Assembly: GCA_012295275.1 (NCBI GenBank) | Contig: CM022676.1 | Coordinates: 18,228,001 to 18,292,000 of the forward strand | Length of the DNA stretch: 64,000 nt | DNA from: Chrysomallon squamiferum | Lineage: Eukaryota > Animalia > Mollusca | Direction of reading: 5' to 3' | In this document: positions 60,902 to 64,000 of the stretch, piece by piece | Position numbering within the stretch: position 1 is the first letter of the stretch | How the letters are laid out: every line of letters starts with the position of its first letter | The notes under the pieces: generated by a model | What the model saw: only the letters and a program-made list of their open reading frames with translations | Told to the model about the DNA's origin: nothing | Databases searched by the model: none | Program-made: the position numbers and the translations under genes

Positions 60902-61257
60902 TTTCTCTGTTTGTACGTTTCTTTTTAGTCACTGCCGTCAGATATTTCGTATTGTATTTTTCTTTTAATTATGAATGTAATATCTGGACCTCAGCCAACT
61001 GTTTCTGTATATATTTTATGGCAATATTTGGACGTAAGCCAGCTCTACAATAATGGAAAGTAACGTCAAAGAGAACAGTTCTGTGTGAATGTATGAATAT
61101 TTTTGTATGTGTGTATACGCATACAACAAAAGAGAGGTCAACAGAGAGAGATATATTATTTGTCATTATATTTTTCTTCCCGTGAGAACTTTTGAACAAC
61201 TTAACTACGTCTATATCTATACTTTTACGTTTTATACATTAAATATTTAATTCGTAC

Positions 61258-61340
61258 CTGAAATTCATGCCTGTAGGTGACACCAACACCACAGACATTG
61301 TCAGCAACAGCAACAATCTCACCAGCACATCGTGTACCAT
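61258..61340 (-). CDS. Signal-peptide first coding exon of an unidentified secreted or membrane protein, copy A
   Basis: TTGCAG acceptor at 61352, ATG at 61340, MVHDVLVRLLLLLTMSVVLVSPTGMNF, then a CAG/GTACGA donor. Confidence 0.55.
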
Positions 61341-61569
61341 GATGGTTTGTGGCTGCAACAAAATAATCAGAATACTTTTAATTTTACTGTTCAAGTCTTT
61401 ACTTTTATTCAAAATCAAAACTGATTATAACATATACATTCAGTATGAGATTTTTGACTTAGACTTAGCATATATTTTTTTTATTATTCATCACTGATCC
61501 AGAAAACAACTGATAATATCTGAAATGTTGCCCTGGATTATGGTTGATAATCTTTATATTATAATTATT

Positions 61570-61687
<118 letters not shown>

Positions 61688-62497
61688 ATCCATTGTCAGT
61701 ATTTTACGTTAGGTCACATGTGAAGCCAACAACAAGCAAAATAAGGTTTTTGTTAAATTCAGTTTACAATGCCATACGTGGTTTGGAATGGAAGAATTAA
61801 TTATTTTATTTATTTTTAATTTCAGTAATGTTAAGAAATATACTACATTTACTATGAAACGCAGGAGCATTGCCAGTCACTAATTACATATATGGAATGA
61901 CTTCCAGTTATATTAATGGTAATTAACGAGAGGAAATTCTTCAACTTTCAGGGAAAAAACAAAAATGGAGATCTTTAATTTTAATCCACTGAGGAATTTA
62001 GCGGTTCGAATCGCTACGAAGAGACGACTGATAAGAAATTAATACTGAAATGCATGACATTCCCACTTTCTCCCGAAATCCGTGAATTACGAACCAACTT
62101 CTAAGTTCTAGAACAAAATTATATACTGTATGAAATTCGTAGAAGAAAGAAAAAGTAAAAAAAAATTTAAAAGATTTTGCAAAATAAAATGACTGATGAT
62201 GTAAGACATTATTTATTACTATAGAGTTCACATTTGTTTTACTGAATAGCTAGAATAACATTGATTAATGGAATGGTGAAAAACTAAATTTATGCAGCTT
62301 AGCACAGAATAAGAATCGAGCGTTAGCAGTTATTATATTGAAATCAATCGTAAAAGTTATATCATTAGCTGCTACATGTGTGTTGTTTAAATTAGTCAGA
62401 GAAAGAATCAATAAAACTGTTGTTGAAAGATTTGTGGCTGTTTGTTGCTAAATGTCCCTGTCCTATTAAGAGACAAAGCACTCAAATATCAAATTAG

Positions 62498-62570
<73 letters not shown>

Positions 62571-62587
62571 TTATTATTATTATTATT

Positions 62588-62671
<84 letters not shown>

Positions 62672-63053
62672 TATTGATTTATTTATTTATTTATTTATTT
62701 CTCTGTTTGTACGTTTCTTTTTAGTCACTACTGTCAGACACTTTGTATTGTATTTTTCTTTTAATTATGAATATAATATTTGGACGTCAGCCAACTGTTT
62801 TTGTATATATTTTATGGCAATATTTGGACGTAAGCCAGCTCTACAATAATGGAAAGTAACGTCGAAGAGAACAGTTCTGTGTGAATGTATGAATGTTTTT
62901 GTGTGTGTGTATACGTATACAACAAAGGAGAGGTCAACAGAGAGAGATATATTATTTGTCATTATATTTTTCTTCCCGTGAGAACTTTTATACAACTTAA
63001 CTACATCTATATCTATACTTTTACGTTTTATACATTAAATATTTAATTCATAC

Positions 63054-63136
63054 CTGAAATTCATGCCTGTAAATGACACCAACACCGCAGACATTGTCAG
63101 CAACAGCAACAATCTCACCAGCACATCGTGTACCAT
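63054..63136 (-). CDS. Signal-peptide exon, copy B
   Basis: MVHDVLVRLLLLLTMSAVLVSFTGMNF, with the same acceptor and a CAG/GTATGA donor. Confidence 0.55.
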
Positions 63137-63363
63137 AATGGTTTGTGGCTGCAACAAAATGATCAGAATACTTTTAATTTTACTGTTCAAGTCTTTACTT
63201 TTATTCAAAATCAAAACTGATTATAACATATACATTCAGTATGAGATTTTTGACTTAGACTTAGCATATATTTTTTTTATTATTCATCACTGCTCAGAAA
63301 ACAATGATAATATCTGAAATGTTGCCCTGGATTATGGTTGATAATCTTTATATTATAATTATA

Positions 63364-63402
<39 letters not shown>

Positions 63403-64000
63403 TTATTATTTTTTTTTTTTTTATTACTGTTAATCAGTTAGTATTTCTTTAAAAAAGCTTACCAAACGTATTATCTGTTTCTTTTCTTTTTAAATCAGTT
63501 TATTTAGTTTATTTTATACTTTTTATAGTTCTATTCTGCTAGTACGTATAAATCGTTTTTAAGGCTTTTAACTACTGCAATTTTCTGATGAAATAAATTA
63601 ATTTAACAAAATATAACGTATTTTATTGTACTGAGAACATAGACTTGTCGTCTGCATAGTCAGGCTATGTTCCGGAATCTGCTATATTACCACTTCCAGT
63701 AATAGCAACTAAACGATAATAGTATTTATATCGTTATTAATGTATATACATTACAGTTATTAAAACCGTATTGATCAGAAATCGAAATTTGCTTTACATT
63801 TGTTTTTTTTTACACTGTTTCTTAATCTCACCTTTCAGAAAGATAACTGAGATTTCGATCAAAATTCTGATAATGTTGCAGTTTACGTGGACGGTTTGTC
63901 AGCACAAGTTTTAATATTTTCCATCTGTTAGTTGTCTTGTTGATAGATCAAATCAACAAAACTTTTAAGCTTGCTCTGGATTATCAAAACAACCAGCTTT

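Overview
AT-rich, microsatellite-rich, intron-containing animal DNA. The gene families and repeats suggest a lophotrochozoan, probably a mollusc (inference). The window is a segmental-duplication patchwork. It holds three copies of a TRIM-like coiled-coil/NHL beta-propeller gene on the minus strand: one apparently intact (~540 aa, vestigial RING, no B-box), one frameshifted and chimeric, and one truncated. It also holds a BTB-BACK-PHR gene with a 1-bp frameshift. Several decayed, still-spliced copies of housekeeping genes are invisible in the ORF track: cytoplasmic methionyl-tRNA synthetase (two copies), CAMSAP/Patronin, a probable ZMYM-type zinc-finger gene and a collagen exon. Mobile DNA includes relics of MULE, ISL2EU/Harbinger-type and DUF7869-type transposases, a tRNA-SINE and a MITE. 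Many minisatellites sit directly on exon ends or splice sites. All protein identifications come from my own hand translation and remembered family motifs, not database searches. I found no CRISPR array, rRNA, intact tRNA or prokaryote-type system, and I cannot claim a new biological system. The most unusual signals are the RING-collapsed TRIM-NHL gene with a variable coding repeat, exon shuffling among duplicated fragments, and splice-site-seeded tandem arrays.
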